Shown: positions 1 to 8,398, counted from the first letter of the stretch. The stretch: DNA of 15,676 bases from Candidatus Omnitrophota bacterium (GCA_043803685.1 JAZDJU010000122.1:1-15676); one strand, 5' to 3'. Numbers and translations: made by a program. The notes: generated by a model from the sequence alone, not told the origin.

Positions 1-141
1 CAATATGTTAAAGTCAAACGCACGTGAGCTATTTTTTAACGTCATAAGTCATTGTAAATAATGAAGTTGCAGACGCATTGAAAAATAGATAGCTTGAGGG
101 CAGAAAGCTACTCGGCAGAACCCGTCAACAATAGGGCAAAA

Positions 142-903
142 TTAAGAGGATTTTAAAGCAGAGCGGATGGATTCAAGGAATCTACGGGATTTGAGGACTT
201 TACCAAGTCGATAATTCAGGAAGGTCGTGATCAATGTCTTGACCTGCCCCTCGATCGTGGCACTGTGAGACATGCGAAGACAGTCGGCCAATGCGTCTTT
301 ACTATAGGAGCGCAATACCGCAAGCGCGCCCGAACCTACCCCCAAAGCGGCCGTATCCTTCGCGCGGCAGCGCTCGCAAATAATCGCCCCTTGGCGGATG
401 GAGAAAAAACCTTTCTCGAGAGGTTGTGCGCCACATTCCAGACAGCTTTCAAGAAAAGGAAGCCATCCCATCTCCCTGAGGAGTTGCGTCACAAAAACCG
501 TTTCCAGACGCGCGGGTGGAATCACAGGCAGAAAACGAAAACTGTCCTTCAAAAGGTCAAAGATCTTCGGGTGGGGGTCCTGAATCTCGGTCAATTCGTC
601 CACGAGTTCACAAAAATAACTGGCATACGCGATCCCGTCCAGCTGGTCGCGAAGCGCGTGGTGACTGTCCAGGATCGAAGCGTCCGAGATCAGATGAAGG
701 TCGGAGCGTTTCTTTTCATAGAAAATATATTCCGCGTATGTGAACGGCTCAAAGCCCGCCTGGCGAATCTCCCCTTCACGATGCACGCCTTTTACGACGC
801 CGCGCACTTTCCCAAGGTGGGGCGTAAAAAAGGTCACAATCAGGGAACTGGAGCGAAAGGGAATTGCCTTCAGGACAAGGGCTTCGGTCTTGTGAATGCT
901 CAT
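142..903 (-). CDS. recO: DNA repair protein RecO
   Basis: N-terminal OB-fold pattern (TEALVLK...SSLIVTFFT..LGKVRGVVKG), YASYFCELV helix, C4 zinc motif CLEC...CERC, C-terminal LKSRRFL; downstream of phoH-ybeY as in many bacteria. Confidence 0.95.
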   Translation of the reverse strand: MSIHKTEALVLKAIPFRSSSLIVTFFTPHLGKVRGVVKGVHREGEIRQAGFEPFTYAEYIFYEKKRSDLHLISDASILDSHHALRDQLDGIAYASYFCELVDELTEIQDPHPKIFDLLKDSFRFLPVIPPARLETVFVTQLLREMGWLPFLESCLECGAQPLEKGFFSIRQGAIICERCRAKDTAALGVGSGALAVLRSYSKDALADCLRMSHSATIEGQVKTLITTFLNYRLGKVLKSRRFLESIRSALKSS

Positions 904-907
904 ACGA

Positions 908-1390
908 CTATTTCTTTTTCGTCTTTACGCGCGTGAGGATCTGACTCTGTTTGCGATGCATCCTCTTGAACGCCACCCGCCCCTTGTCTTCATAGCCCAT
1001 CAGATGAAGGATCCCGTGACAAAGACAATAGTGGAGCTCTTCTTCGAAGGTGTGTTCGTATTCCTTAGCTTGCGTGCGAATGGTGGGAAGACAAAGCGCG
1101 ATATCTCCAAGAAAGTCGATGTCCTTGCGGCGAAGGACCTGCGGGGGAAGCAGTTCCTTGAGATGATCGGAAGATCTCTGCTCACTGAAGGCGAGTACGT
1201 CGGTGGACCATGCGTGCCGGAGATAACGACGGTTCAGCTTTCGCATTTCGGGACCGTCGACAAGGACCACGCTCAAGACCGCGTTCTTAAAACCCAGGTC
1301 CTTCAGGATGTTGGTGGCGATCTTCTTAAGCACGGTCTCAGAGACCTTGATGCGAGAGCAATCCTGTTTGAGATAAATCTCACACGTCAT
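908..1390 (-). CDS. ybeY: rRNA maturation endoribonuclease YbeY
   Basis: Motifs MRKLNRRY, STDVLAF, LGDI, HGILHLMGY; adjacent to phoH. Confidence 0.95.
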   Translation of the reverse strand: MTCEIYLKQDCSRIKVSETVLKKIATNILKDLGFKNAVLSVVLVDGPEMRKLNRRYLRHAWSTDVLAFSEQRSSDHLKELLPPQVLRRKDIDFLGDIALCLPTIRTQAKEYEHTFEEELHYCLCHGILHLMGYEDKGRVAFKRMHRKQSQILTRVKTKKK

Positions 1391-1441
1391 GAAAGACCCC
1401 CGGTAAGAACCTCAAGAACACAAGGTCGCGGAAAGCCAGCT

Positions 1442-2398
1442 TCAGGATTCCTCCTGAGCTTTCTTACGATCGTGCTTTTCATACGCCTTAATGATCTCCT
1501 GCACGAGCGGATGGCGTACCACATCGGTTTCGTTCAAATAGATGAACTGGATGTCCGGAATATCCGCGAGAATGTTGCGGATCTCGACAAGCCCTGATTT
1601 TTTCGCGGACGGAAGATCGATCTGGGTGATATCCCCCGTGATCACAACCTTGGAGGTCTGACCCAAACGCGTCAGGAACATCTTCATCTGACTGTGCGTG
1701 CAGTTCTGCGCTTCATCGAGAATGACATAGGAGTCATTGAGCGTCCGCCCACGCATATAAGCGATCGGCGCGATCTCTATCGCTCCCCGCTCGGTGTAAC
1801 GGGCCACCTCGTCAAATTCGAGCATGTCATAGAGCGCGTCATAGAGCGGCCTGAGATAAGGATTCACTTTGGCCGCGAGGTCGCCAGGCAAGAACCCGAG
1901 ATTTTCCCCGGCCTCGACGGCGGGACGCGTCAGGATGATCCGCGCCACGTACTTTTTCTTGAGAGCTTCAATGGCCGCGGCCATCGCAAGATAGGTTTTT
2001 CCCGTACCCGCCGGACCGATGGAGATCACGATATCATGCGTCTGCATAGCCTTGAGATACGCAAGCTGGTTCTCGCTTCGCGCCTGGATCACTTTCCCGC
2101 GATGGAAGAAATGGATCCCTCCGCTTTGCGGCGGCGTGACGCGCGCTTCGGTCTTGGGACTGGCTTCCGCACTGGATTTTTCAGGCAAACGACCGCCTTT
2201 ACGGATCATCTCGAGCATCCGGGCGAAGAAACGACTGGCTTCTTCGACGTTCTTTTTATCGCCCATGATCTTCATCCGGTCATTGCGCGCGATGATCTTG
2301 ACCCGATGGTCTTTCTCCGCCTGCCGGATGTTCTTGTCGAGATTACCGTAAAGAGCTTTCGCTTCGTCATCCGAGTTCAACTTGATCAGTTTTTGCAA
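1442..2398 (-). CDS. phoH: PhoH-like ATPase (PhoH/YbeZ family)
   Basis: Walker [60 protein letters not shown] start with AAAGGGG upstream. Confidence 0.95.
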   Translation of the reverse strand: MQKLIKLNSDDEAKALYGNLDKNIRQAEKDHRVKIIARNDRMKIMGDKKNVEEASRFFARMLEMIRKGGRLPEKSSAEASPKTEARVTPPQSGGIHFFHRGKVIQARSENQLAYLKAMQTHDIVISIGPAGTGKTYLAMAAAIEALKKKYVARIILTRPAVEAGENLGFLPGDLAAKVNPYLRPLYDALYDMLEFDEVARYTERGAIEIAPIAYMRGRTLNDSYVILDEAQNCTHSQMKMFLTRLGQTSKVVITGDITQIDLPSAKKSGLVEIRNILADIPDIQFIYLNETDVVRHPLVQEIIKAYEKHDRKKAQEES

Positions 2399-2411
2399 TG
2401 AGAACCCCTTT

Positions 2412-4187
2412 CTATGCCTTCGGCTTGAGTTTTACCGCAACACTAAGTTCCTTGAGCTGGTCCTCGCGCACCGTGGAGGGCGCGTCGGTCATAAGACAAG
2501 TACCCTTCTGCGTTTTGGGGAATGCGATCACTTCACGGATCGAATCCAAACCCAACAAAAGTGTCACGAAACGATCAAGCCCGATCGCCAATCCGCCATG
2601 AGGAGGAGCTCCAAACGAAAGAGCTTTCAGAAGAAATCCGAATTGCGCTTCCGCCTGTTCGGGTGTCAGATTGAGAAGACTGAAGATCTTGGACTGCACC
2701 GTCCGGTCATGGATACGAATGCTGCCTCCGCCCATTTCGGTGCCATTGCAAACAAGATCATAGGCGCGCGCGCGCACTTTGAGAGGGTCTGTGTCAAGAA
2801 ATGGCACATCCTCCGGCTTAGGCGATGTGAAGGGGTGATGGCAGGCATCGCACCGCTTTTCCTCTTCATTCCAGTCAAAAAGCGGAAAGTCCACGATCCA
2901 TAGAAGCTCGAACTTCCCTTCCGGGATCATTTTATATTTGTCCGCCAGAAAACAGCGAAGCGCTCCGAGCGACACGACCGCGACCTTAAACTTATCCGCG
3001 ACCGCAAAAACAATGTCCCCGGGCTTGGCGCCCGCAGTCTGGATCATTTTGGCGATCCGCGCCGCGTCGAAGAACTTCTGGATCGGTGATTCGACCTGAT
3101 CGGTCCCGGTCACCTTGAACCAGGCCAGCCCTTTCGGTCCGTAGGTCTTGATCCACTGAGTCAGAGCATCGAAATCCTTGCGCGAGAAGTCCACGCCCGC
3201 CGGGGGCGTGAACGCAAGCCCACGGATCTGGCCGCCGCTTGCGATCGTTTCATCAAAGATCTTGAACCCGCTTTTTTCGAAAACGGGTGTGAGGTCACAC
3301 AGTTCCATCCCATAGCGAAGATCGGGCTTGTCGCACCCGTATTTCTCCATCGCTTCCTGGTAGCTCATGCGACGCAGCGGCAACTGGATGTCGATCTGCT
3401 TGGCGTGCTTGAAAACATGCCCCACCATACCTTCCACAATGCCCATGATGTCTTCTTCATCAATGAAGGACATCTCAAGATCGATCTGGGTATGCTCCGG
3501 CTGACGGTCTTTCCGGAGATCTTCGTCACGGAAACAGCGGGCCAGCTGATAATAGCGGTCGTAATTCGAGACCATGAGAAGCTGCTTGAAAAGCTGCGGC
3601 GATTGCGGCAACGCGTAAAAACTTCCGGGATTCAGGCGTGATGGCACCAGAAAATCGCGCGCGCCTTCCGGCGTGCCCTTCGTCAGGTACGGCGTCTCTA
3701 CCTCGATAAAACCCTTCTTATCCAGATATTCGTGGACTAATTTGGTCACCCGGTGACGGAGCGTCAGATTCCGGATCATGTCCTTGCGACGGAGATCCAG
3801 GAACCGGTACTGAAGCCGGAGCTCTTCGCCGACATTATTTTCCTCAAGCTCAAAAGGCATCGGAAGACACGCGTTCAGGATCTCGAGTTCTTCGGCCTGA
3901 AGCTCGATCTCTCCGGTCGGGATCTTGGAATTCACAGTCCCGGCGGGACGAGCGCTCACTTTCCCCTTCACACGGATCACGAATTCCGAGCGAAGCGATT
4001 CTGCTTTCTTATGCATTTCAGGATCAGTTTGAGGATTCAGAACGATCTGGGTGATGCCCCAGCGGTCGCGCAGATCCACAAAGATCAGGTTCCCGTGATC
4101 GCGGCGGGTGTCCACCCATCCGGTCAAGGTTTCCGTTTTTCCCGTAAAACTTTTATTCAATTCCCCACACGTCACAGTTCTCAACAT
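2412..4187 (-). CDS. aspS: Aspartate--tRNA ligase, bacterial type, probably non-discriminating Asp/Asn
   Basis: [18 protein letters not shown] domain, [46 protein letters not shown] domain, [20 protein letters not shown]. Confidence 0.98.
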   Translation of the reverse strand: MLRTVTCGELNKSFTGKTETLTGWVDTRRDHGNLIFVDLRDRWGITQIVLNPQTDPEMHKKAESLRSEFVIRVKGKVSARPAGTVNSKIPTGEIELQAEELEILNACLPMPFELEENNVGEELRLQYRFLDLRRKDMIRNLTLRHRVTKLVHEYLDKKGFIEVETPYLTKGTPEGARDFLVPSRLNPGSFYALPQSPQLFKQLLMVSNYDRYYQLARCFRDEDLRKDRQPEHTQIDLEMSFIDEEDIMGIVEGMVGHVFKHAKQIDIQLPLRRMSYQEAMEKYGCDKPDLRYGMELCDLTPVFEKSGFKIFDETIASGGQIRGLAFTPPAGVDFSRKDFDALTQWIKTYGPKGLAWFKVTGTDQVESPIQKFFDAARIAKMIQTAGAKPGDIVFAVADKFKVAVVSLGALRCFLADKYKMIPEGKFELLWIVDFPLFDWNEEEKRCDACHHPFTSPKPEDVPFLDTDPLKVRARAYDLVCNGTEMGGGSIRIHDRTVQSKIFSLLNLTPEQAEAQFGFLLKALSFGAPPHGGLAIGLDRFVTLLLGLDSIREVIAFPKTQKGTCLMTDAPSTVREDQLKELSVAVKLKPKA

Positions 4188-5560
4188 AAGTTCATCACCT
4201 TTTTAAAATGGCTAATCACGCGCTCAACATCGCTATCAATAAGTTGCTGTTTAAGATTTGATTCGTTGCCAATGTTCCCACCCGTAAAACTATCTATATA
4301 ATTAAAAATCTTATCATTTAATTCTTGCCCCTCCTCCTTCAAAAGGTCCTTTACCATTACTTTATTATTAGTAAGTTCATTTAATCCCATAATCAGCATG
4401 AAACGCACACCTAATTTGTTTGCCCTTTTCAAGTGGGCGCTGAACGAATAAACGCCAAATGTTGTTTCAACCCGGATTCCATTCTTTCTTAAAGCAAATT
4501 TATATTCAGAATTTTTCTTCAAGACTTCGGGAGTTTCTTCAAGCGGCGCAAGGTAAACTCTTTGAGATTTTATCACCTCAAAAATCTTTGGATCCTGTGC
4601 TTCCAGAGCTGCAAGAAGTCTTTCCATCCCAATGCTAAACCCCGTACACGGCGTCGCGCTTCCGCCAAGTTCCTGGTAGAGATTGTTGTAACGCCCGCCG
4701 CCCGCCACGGCATTTTGCGCTCCTAACCCTTCGGCTGTGATCTCAAAAACTATTCCGTTATAATAATCAAGACCGCGCACTAATCGGCGATTCACTGTAA
4801 AGGGTATTTCATAAGAATTTAACTTTTTAGTAATGAGACTGAAATTATCGCTTAGAGGAGCAAAGCTTTCCCATGGCGCTTTGTTGATGACGGGCTGACA
4901 TTCATGGACTTTACAATCAAAAACTCGAAGCACGTTTTTCTCAAGACGCCATTGACAGTCTTTGCAAAGCTTCGTTTTTTCTTTTGAGAAGTACTCTGAG
5001 AGAGATTCTCTGATTTTTGCGCGATCCGCCTCCTCACCAAGATCGTTCAAATTCAACTGGATATTCTTGAGGCCAACATTCTGTAAGAACCAGTAAAGAA
5101 GTGCGATGATATCATAATCAACGTGAGTGTCTTCATCAGGTGAGTGACCTTTTTCATTGATGATCTCAGCGCCGATCTGATGGAATTGTCGCTTACGGCC
5201 TGCTTGGGGCCGTTCGGCGCGGAACATAGGCCCCATGTAATAAAGCCGGAGAGATTTTGATGTCTTGAGAAGGCCTTTTTCGATCACGGCGCGAGCGACA
5301 GAAGCCGTCATCTCGGGACGCATGGTCATATCGCGTTCACCGCGGTCTTTAAAGGAGAACATTTCTTTATGGACGATATCGGAGGCCTGACCAATCGAGC
5401 GGACAAAAAGCTCGGTAGGTTCAAGAATGGGAGTGCGGATCTCTTTAAATCCGTTGGCCTCGAAAAAGATGCGTGCTTTCTCCTCGAGCCATTGCCATTT
5501 TTCGATCTCGCCGGGGAGGATATCCTCCATCCCGGGAAAACCCTGATATTTAGCTGTCAT
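4181..5560 (-). CDS. hisS: Histidine--tRNA ligase
   Basis: RPEMTASVAR, GPMFRAERPQAGR.RQFHQIGAE, LVRGLDYY, GGGRY, GFSIGMERL; stop overlaps aspS start by 7 nt. Confidence 0.97.
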   Translation of the reverse strand: MTAKYQGFPGMEDILPGEIEKWQWLEEKARIFFEANGFKEIRTPILEPTELFVRSIGQASDIVHKEMFSFKDRGERDMTMRPEMTASVARAVIEKGLLKTSKSLRLYYMGPMFRAERPQAGRKRQFHQIGAEIINEKGHSPDEDTHVDYDIIALLYWFLQNVGLKNIQLNLNDLGEEADRAKIRESLSEYFSKEKTKLCKDCQWRLEKNVLRVFDCKVHECQPVINKAPWESFAPLSDNFSLITKKLNSYEIPFTVNRRLVRGLDYYNGIVFEITAEGLGAQNAVAGGGRYNNLYQELGGSATPCTGFSIGMERLLAALEAQDPKIFEVIKSQRVYLAPLEETPEVLKKNSEYKFALRKNGIRVETTFGVYSFSAHLKRANKLGVRFMLIMGLNELTNNKVMVKDLLKEEGQELNDKIFNYIDSFTGGNIGNESNLKQQLIDSDVERVISHFKKVMNLC

Positions 5561-5606
5561 AAGTTATGAAGTGCTCTCACCTTCGTGTGTTGCATCGCCG
5601 GCGGTT

Positions 5607-5615
5607 ATCATATCA
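5607..5615 (-). promoter_or_regulatory. Possible extended -10 promoter (TG-a-TATGAT) for the hisS-aspS-phoH-ybeY-recO unit
   Basis: Minus strand reads TGATATGAT immediately after the rpsU terminator, ~46 nt upstream of the hisS ATG. Confidence 0.4.
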
Positions 5616-5662
5616 AAAAGAAAGGGGACAGTCCCTCTAAAATTTAAAGAGACTGCCCCCTT
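5615..5662 (-). terminator. Intrinsic terminator downstream of rpsU
   Basis: Minus strand AAGGGGGCAGTCTCT-loop-AGGGACTGTCCCCTT (stem closes with G-U pairs on this strand) followed by TCTTTTT. Confidence 0.8.
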
Positions 5663-5704
5663 GGGTAGCTATAAAAGGGAAAACTTATCTTGATCGCGTC
5701 CCAA

Positions 5705-5881
5705 TTAAAAGTTTTTGCGGGATTTGTTCATGCGGGACTTACGACGCCTCTTCTCGCTGGGCTTTTCGTAATTCTTCCGCGCCTTCAGGATCTTCAAGAT
5801 CCCTTCGCGTTCCATCTTCTTTTTCAGGCGCTTCAAGGCCCGTTCAAGCGGCTCGTGACTTCCAACGTCGACTTTTAACAC
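5705..5881 (-). CDS. rpsU: 30S ribosomal protein S21 (bS21), 58 aa
   Basis: Hand translation from GTG: MLKVDVGSHEPLERALKRLKKKMEREGILKILKARKNYEKPSEKRRRKSRMNKSRKNF*, with E.ALKR.KK and YEKPSEKRRRK signatures; SD-like GAGAGGGTGA upstream; absent from the supplied ORF track. Confidence 0.96.
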   Translation of the reverse strand: MLKVDVGSHEPLERALKRLKKKMEREGILKILKARKNYEKPSEKRRRKSRMNKSRKNF

Positions 5882-6000
5882 TCGGTTTCACCCTCTCTAG
5901 TACTGCGCTCCAATCAATCTAAAGGATTCGCAGTTCTGTACCGTTCACCCCAAAAAGTTCAAAGTTAAACGGTACTCGTATGTGGATTAATGGAGGCGGT

Positions 6001-6028
6001 ATTATACGGAAAACCAGCTTCGTGGCAA
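6001..6028 (-). promoter_or_regulatory. Sigma70-type promoter for rpsU
   Basis: Minus strand TTGCCA-N16-TATAAT followed by GC-rich discriminator-like ACCGCCTCC. Confidence 0.7.
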
Positions 6029-6112
6029 AGGAAATAACGCCTTCGGCGCGGGAAACGTAAAACGGGGCACGGCCAACAAAAGCGTTCCACGCTCCACGTT
6101 CACCGACTTTTT

Positions 6113-6898
6113 ATGTTAGAATGCCTCATGTTTCGCCTCTACAAGGAAGCCTTTATTCGTCTTTTCTATCCTGCCGCATGCGAAGTGTGCCGCGTCGGCC
6201 TCGACCTAGAAGAAAGGATCCTCTGCCAGGATTGCGCCGAAAAACTCGATTCTCTTGCCTGGCCCATGGAAAAAACACTGGTCGAAGGATCTTTTGAATA
6301 TCTCGACCACACATGGACCGTTTACGCTTACGCCTCTCCTGTAAGGGAACTTCTGCATGGCGTCAAATACGCACGCAAAGATTATTTTTTAAAGGCATTC
6401 CGCGATCGCGCCATCCGACTCGCGCAGGCCGTGACCTCCGATTTCTGGTACGACGCCATCCTTCCCATTCCGATTGATCGTTTAAAACTCATGAAGAGAC
6501 ATTTCAACCAGGCGGAAGTCCTCGCAAACATGATCGCCCCCTGGCTTACACCTCCCGTCAAGAGGTCCCTTTTGATCAAGCGGTACGCCAGCCCAAGCCA
6601 AACATCGTTGAGCCAGATCGAACGCGCGATCAACGTCTACGGCTCCTTCAATTTGAAAGGCGCTGGACAGATCCAGGGTCGGGCGTTCCTTCTTCTAGAC
6701 GACGTCCTCACCACCGGCTCGACCGCGAATGAAGCGGCCCGCCTTTTAAAACTTCATGGCGCCAAACGAGTGGATTTCCTGGCACTCGCAAGAACCGCGA
6801 CGGACGTTGAAATGCGATCCCTGACATCAGCCTCCGAAGCCACCCAGGACGAGGACGAGAAGCAGGTCACCGCCTTCTCTGTTGCAAAAACAGTTTGA
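6113..6898 (+). CDS. comF: ComF family protein (zinc ribbon plus phosphoribosyltransferase-like domain); true start may be ATG 6128
   Basis: LFYP..CEVC...LCQDC, KY, PIP, RHFNQAE (RGFNQ variant), Q..L...ER..NV, LLLDDVLTTGST. Confidence 0.9.
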   Translation: MLECLMFRLYKEAFIRLFYPAACEVCRVGLDLEERILCQDCAEKLDSLAWPMEKTLVEGSFEYLDHTWTVYAYASPVRELLHGVKYARKDYFLKAFRDRAIRLAQAVTSDFWYDAILPIPIDRLKLMKRHFNQAEVLANMIAPWLTPPVKRSLLIKRYASPSQTSLSQIERAINVYGSFNLKGAGQIQGRAFLLLDDVLTTGSTANEAARLLKLHGAKRVDFLALARTATDVEMRSLTSASEATQDEDEKQVTAFSVAKTV

Positions 6899-6954
6899 GA
6901 TTCATCTCAAGCGCGGATAAGATACTGTCTCAATACTTATCAATTTCAACTTGT

Positions 6955-7057
6955 TGAAAATGGGGCTGTCCAGACTACCTTTTTGAAAAAGAAATGAAAA
7001 GTTTGGGCTGTCCCAATGCTTATCATCCCGCCGTCATAAAGGCGGGATGGGGCTGCC
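6955..7057. repeat. Three short direct repeats GGGCTG(T)CC at 42-45 nt spacing plus a perfect 9-bp hairpin
   Basis: GGGCTGTCC at 6963 and 7005, GGGCTGCC at 7050; CATCCCGCC/GGCGGGATG at 7024-7049. Confidence 0.55.
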
Positions 7058-7088
7058 TTCGTAAGTGCAACTCTAAGGAGAAACCCTT

Positions 7089-8186
7089 TTGAAAGTCCTG
7101 GACCGGTATCTTGTGCGGGAATTGATCTTTCCGATCCTTTTCTGCTCGCTCACACTAATTTTCCTGATCCTGGTGGCCGACCTCTTCGATAACCTCGAAG
7201 AGCTCTTAAAAAACAAGACACCCCTCTTGATCATGCTTCGTTACTACTTTTCTCTGATCCCGATCTCTTTTACCCAGACCATCGCTTGGGCTATATGGCT
7301 CGGGACCATCTTTCTTCTGGTCCAGTTAGGTCTTCATAACGAGCTTATGGCCATGAAGGCCGCCGGGCTGAAGATCCTGACCATTGTCCGTCCGATGATC
7401 TTCCTGGGGCTTTTACTGGGGATCGTCACCTTCCTCATAGCCGATCGAGTGGTGCCAAAAACTTCCCGCACTGCCAACGAGCTCCTGGAGATCTATATTG
7501 AAAAGAAGAAGTCCAATGCAGACCGGAAAGTCTTTAAGAACGTCACCTATTACTCCGGCGGCAGCGTCCTTTACTATTTCCGGAAGTTTTCCCCGAAGCT
7601 TAAAACCGTCGAAGATGCGATCATCATCTGGCTGGATCCCGTAACCCACCACACTGCACAAAAGATCTTCGCTCAAAAGGGTTCTTGGACCGGGGACCAG
7701 TGGTCCTTTGAAGGGATCACGGAATATCAAACCGACGTCCAGGGAGATGTCCTCGGGAAACCCATGATCATCCCCAAAAAAAGTTATCCGGACGTCACGA
7801 TCACGCCCCGGGACCTCATTAACACGACAAGCGACAGCGCTTTTCTTTCTTACCACGAACTTCAATACACGATCGATAAGCTTAAAGAGAACGGCATTCC
7901 GGTTTACGCCGAGCAAGTTAATCTTTACAGCCGTATGGCTGCGCCCTGGAAAGGGCTCGTCATGCTGTTGATCGCCATCCCCTTCCTGGGGACCGTCCGG
8001 AACCGCAAGGCACTCGCCATGAGTGTCCTGATGTGCGCCGCCACCGTATTCGCGTTTCATGTGAGCGACGCGGTCTTTCTCGCGATGGGAAAAGCCGGGA
8101 AATTCTTTCCTTTCCTGAGCGCCTGGGGCGGGAACATCATCTTCGCAACATTCGCCCTCCTCAAGCTAGAAAAAGCGAACCACTAA
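7089..8186 (+). CDS. LptF/LptG family LPS export permease (LptG-like)
   Basis: MKVLDRY start, three N-terminal TM helices, NELMAMKAAG, periplasmic beta-rich region (A..G.W....W), three C-terminal TM helices ending PFLSAW.GNIIF; SD TAAGGAG 8 nt before TTG. Confidence 0.9.
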   Translation: MKVLDRYLVRELIFPILFCSLTLIFLILVADLFDNLEELLKNKTPLLIMLRYYFSLIPISFTQTIAWAIWLGTIFLLVQLGLHNELMAMKAAGLKILTIVRPMIFLGLLLGIVTFLIADRVVPKTSRTANELLEIYIEKKKSNADRKVFKNVTYYSGGSVLYYFRKFSPKLKTVEDAIIIWLDPVTHHTAQKIFAQKGSWTGDQWSFEGITEYQTDVQGDVLGKPMIIPKKSYPDVTITPRDLINTTSDSAFLSYHELQYTIDKLKENGIPVYAEQVNLYSRMAAPWKGLVMLLIAIPFLGTVRNRKALAMSVLMCAATVFAFHVSDAVFLAMGKAGKFFPFLSAWGGNIIFATFALLKLEKANH

Positions 8187-8202
8187 ATCTCAGACCTGAG
8201 AC

Positions 8203-8251
8203 GACAGCACCTGATTTTCATTAAAAAAATGGTCGGGAATCAGTGCAGTCC
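8203..8251 (+). repeat. Imperfect inverted repeat just downstream of the LptF/G gene (REP-like hairpin)
   Basis: GACAGCACCTGATTTTC pairs with GGGAATCAGTGCAGTC; no U-tract follows. Confidence 0.5.
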
Positions 8252-8360
8252 AAGTCGCCATTCATGAAAAGAAATAAAGACTTGGGCAGACCAAATACCA
8301 GTACTAAGTCGAAAGCCTTTGGGATTTCAAGCTCTTTGGGATTTTGAGACGGGCCGCTAA

Positions 8361-8387
8361 AGCTACTGACTTAAGTCTTGGGTCTTT
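8361..8387 (-). repeat. Copy 1 of ~28-bp dispersed motif with GACTTAAGTC palindromic core
   Basis: Reverse complement AAAGACCCAAGACTTAAGTCAGTAGCT matches 12424-12451 at 24/28 positions by hand alignment. Confidence 0.75.
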
Positions 8388-8398
8388 GTTCTTCAGTC

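Noticed and set aside
46..70. TAAGTCATTGTAAATAATGAAGTTG as IHF-like or dif-like site
   Set aside because: Only a partial match to the IHF consensus and not a dif consensus; AT-rich context at the window edge makes chance likely, although it shares TAAGTCA with the palindromic motif
265..2903. Long plus-strand ORFs (265-936, 896-1597, 1694-2401, 2382-2903)
   Set aside because: Antisense to recO, ybeY, phoH and aspS; typical open shadow frames with no family features
4181..4560. Prophage/integrative element attachment or DGR variable region at the hisS 3' end
   Set aside because: No integrase, reverse transcriptase, att duplication or template repeat in the window, and hisS-aspS adjacency is intact
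5690..5878. 62-aa plus-strand ORF
   Set aside because: Antisense shadow of rpsU, which has clear family signatures on the minus strand
6955..7057. Possible CRISPR mini-array
   Set aside because: Shared core is only 8-10 nt, degenerate, three units, and no cas genes are present
7413..8060. 215-aa minus-strand ORF
   Set aside because: Antisense shadow inside the LptF/G gene
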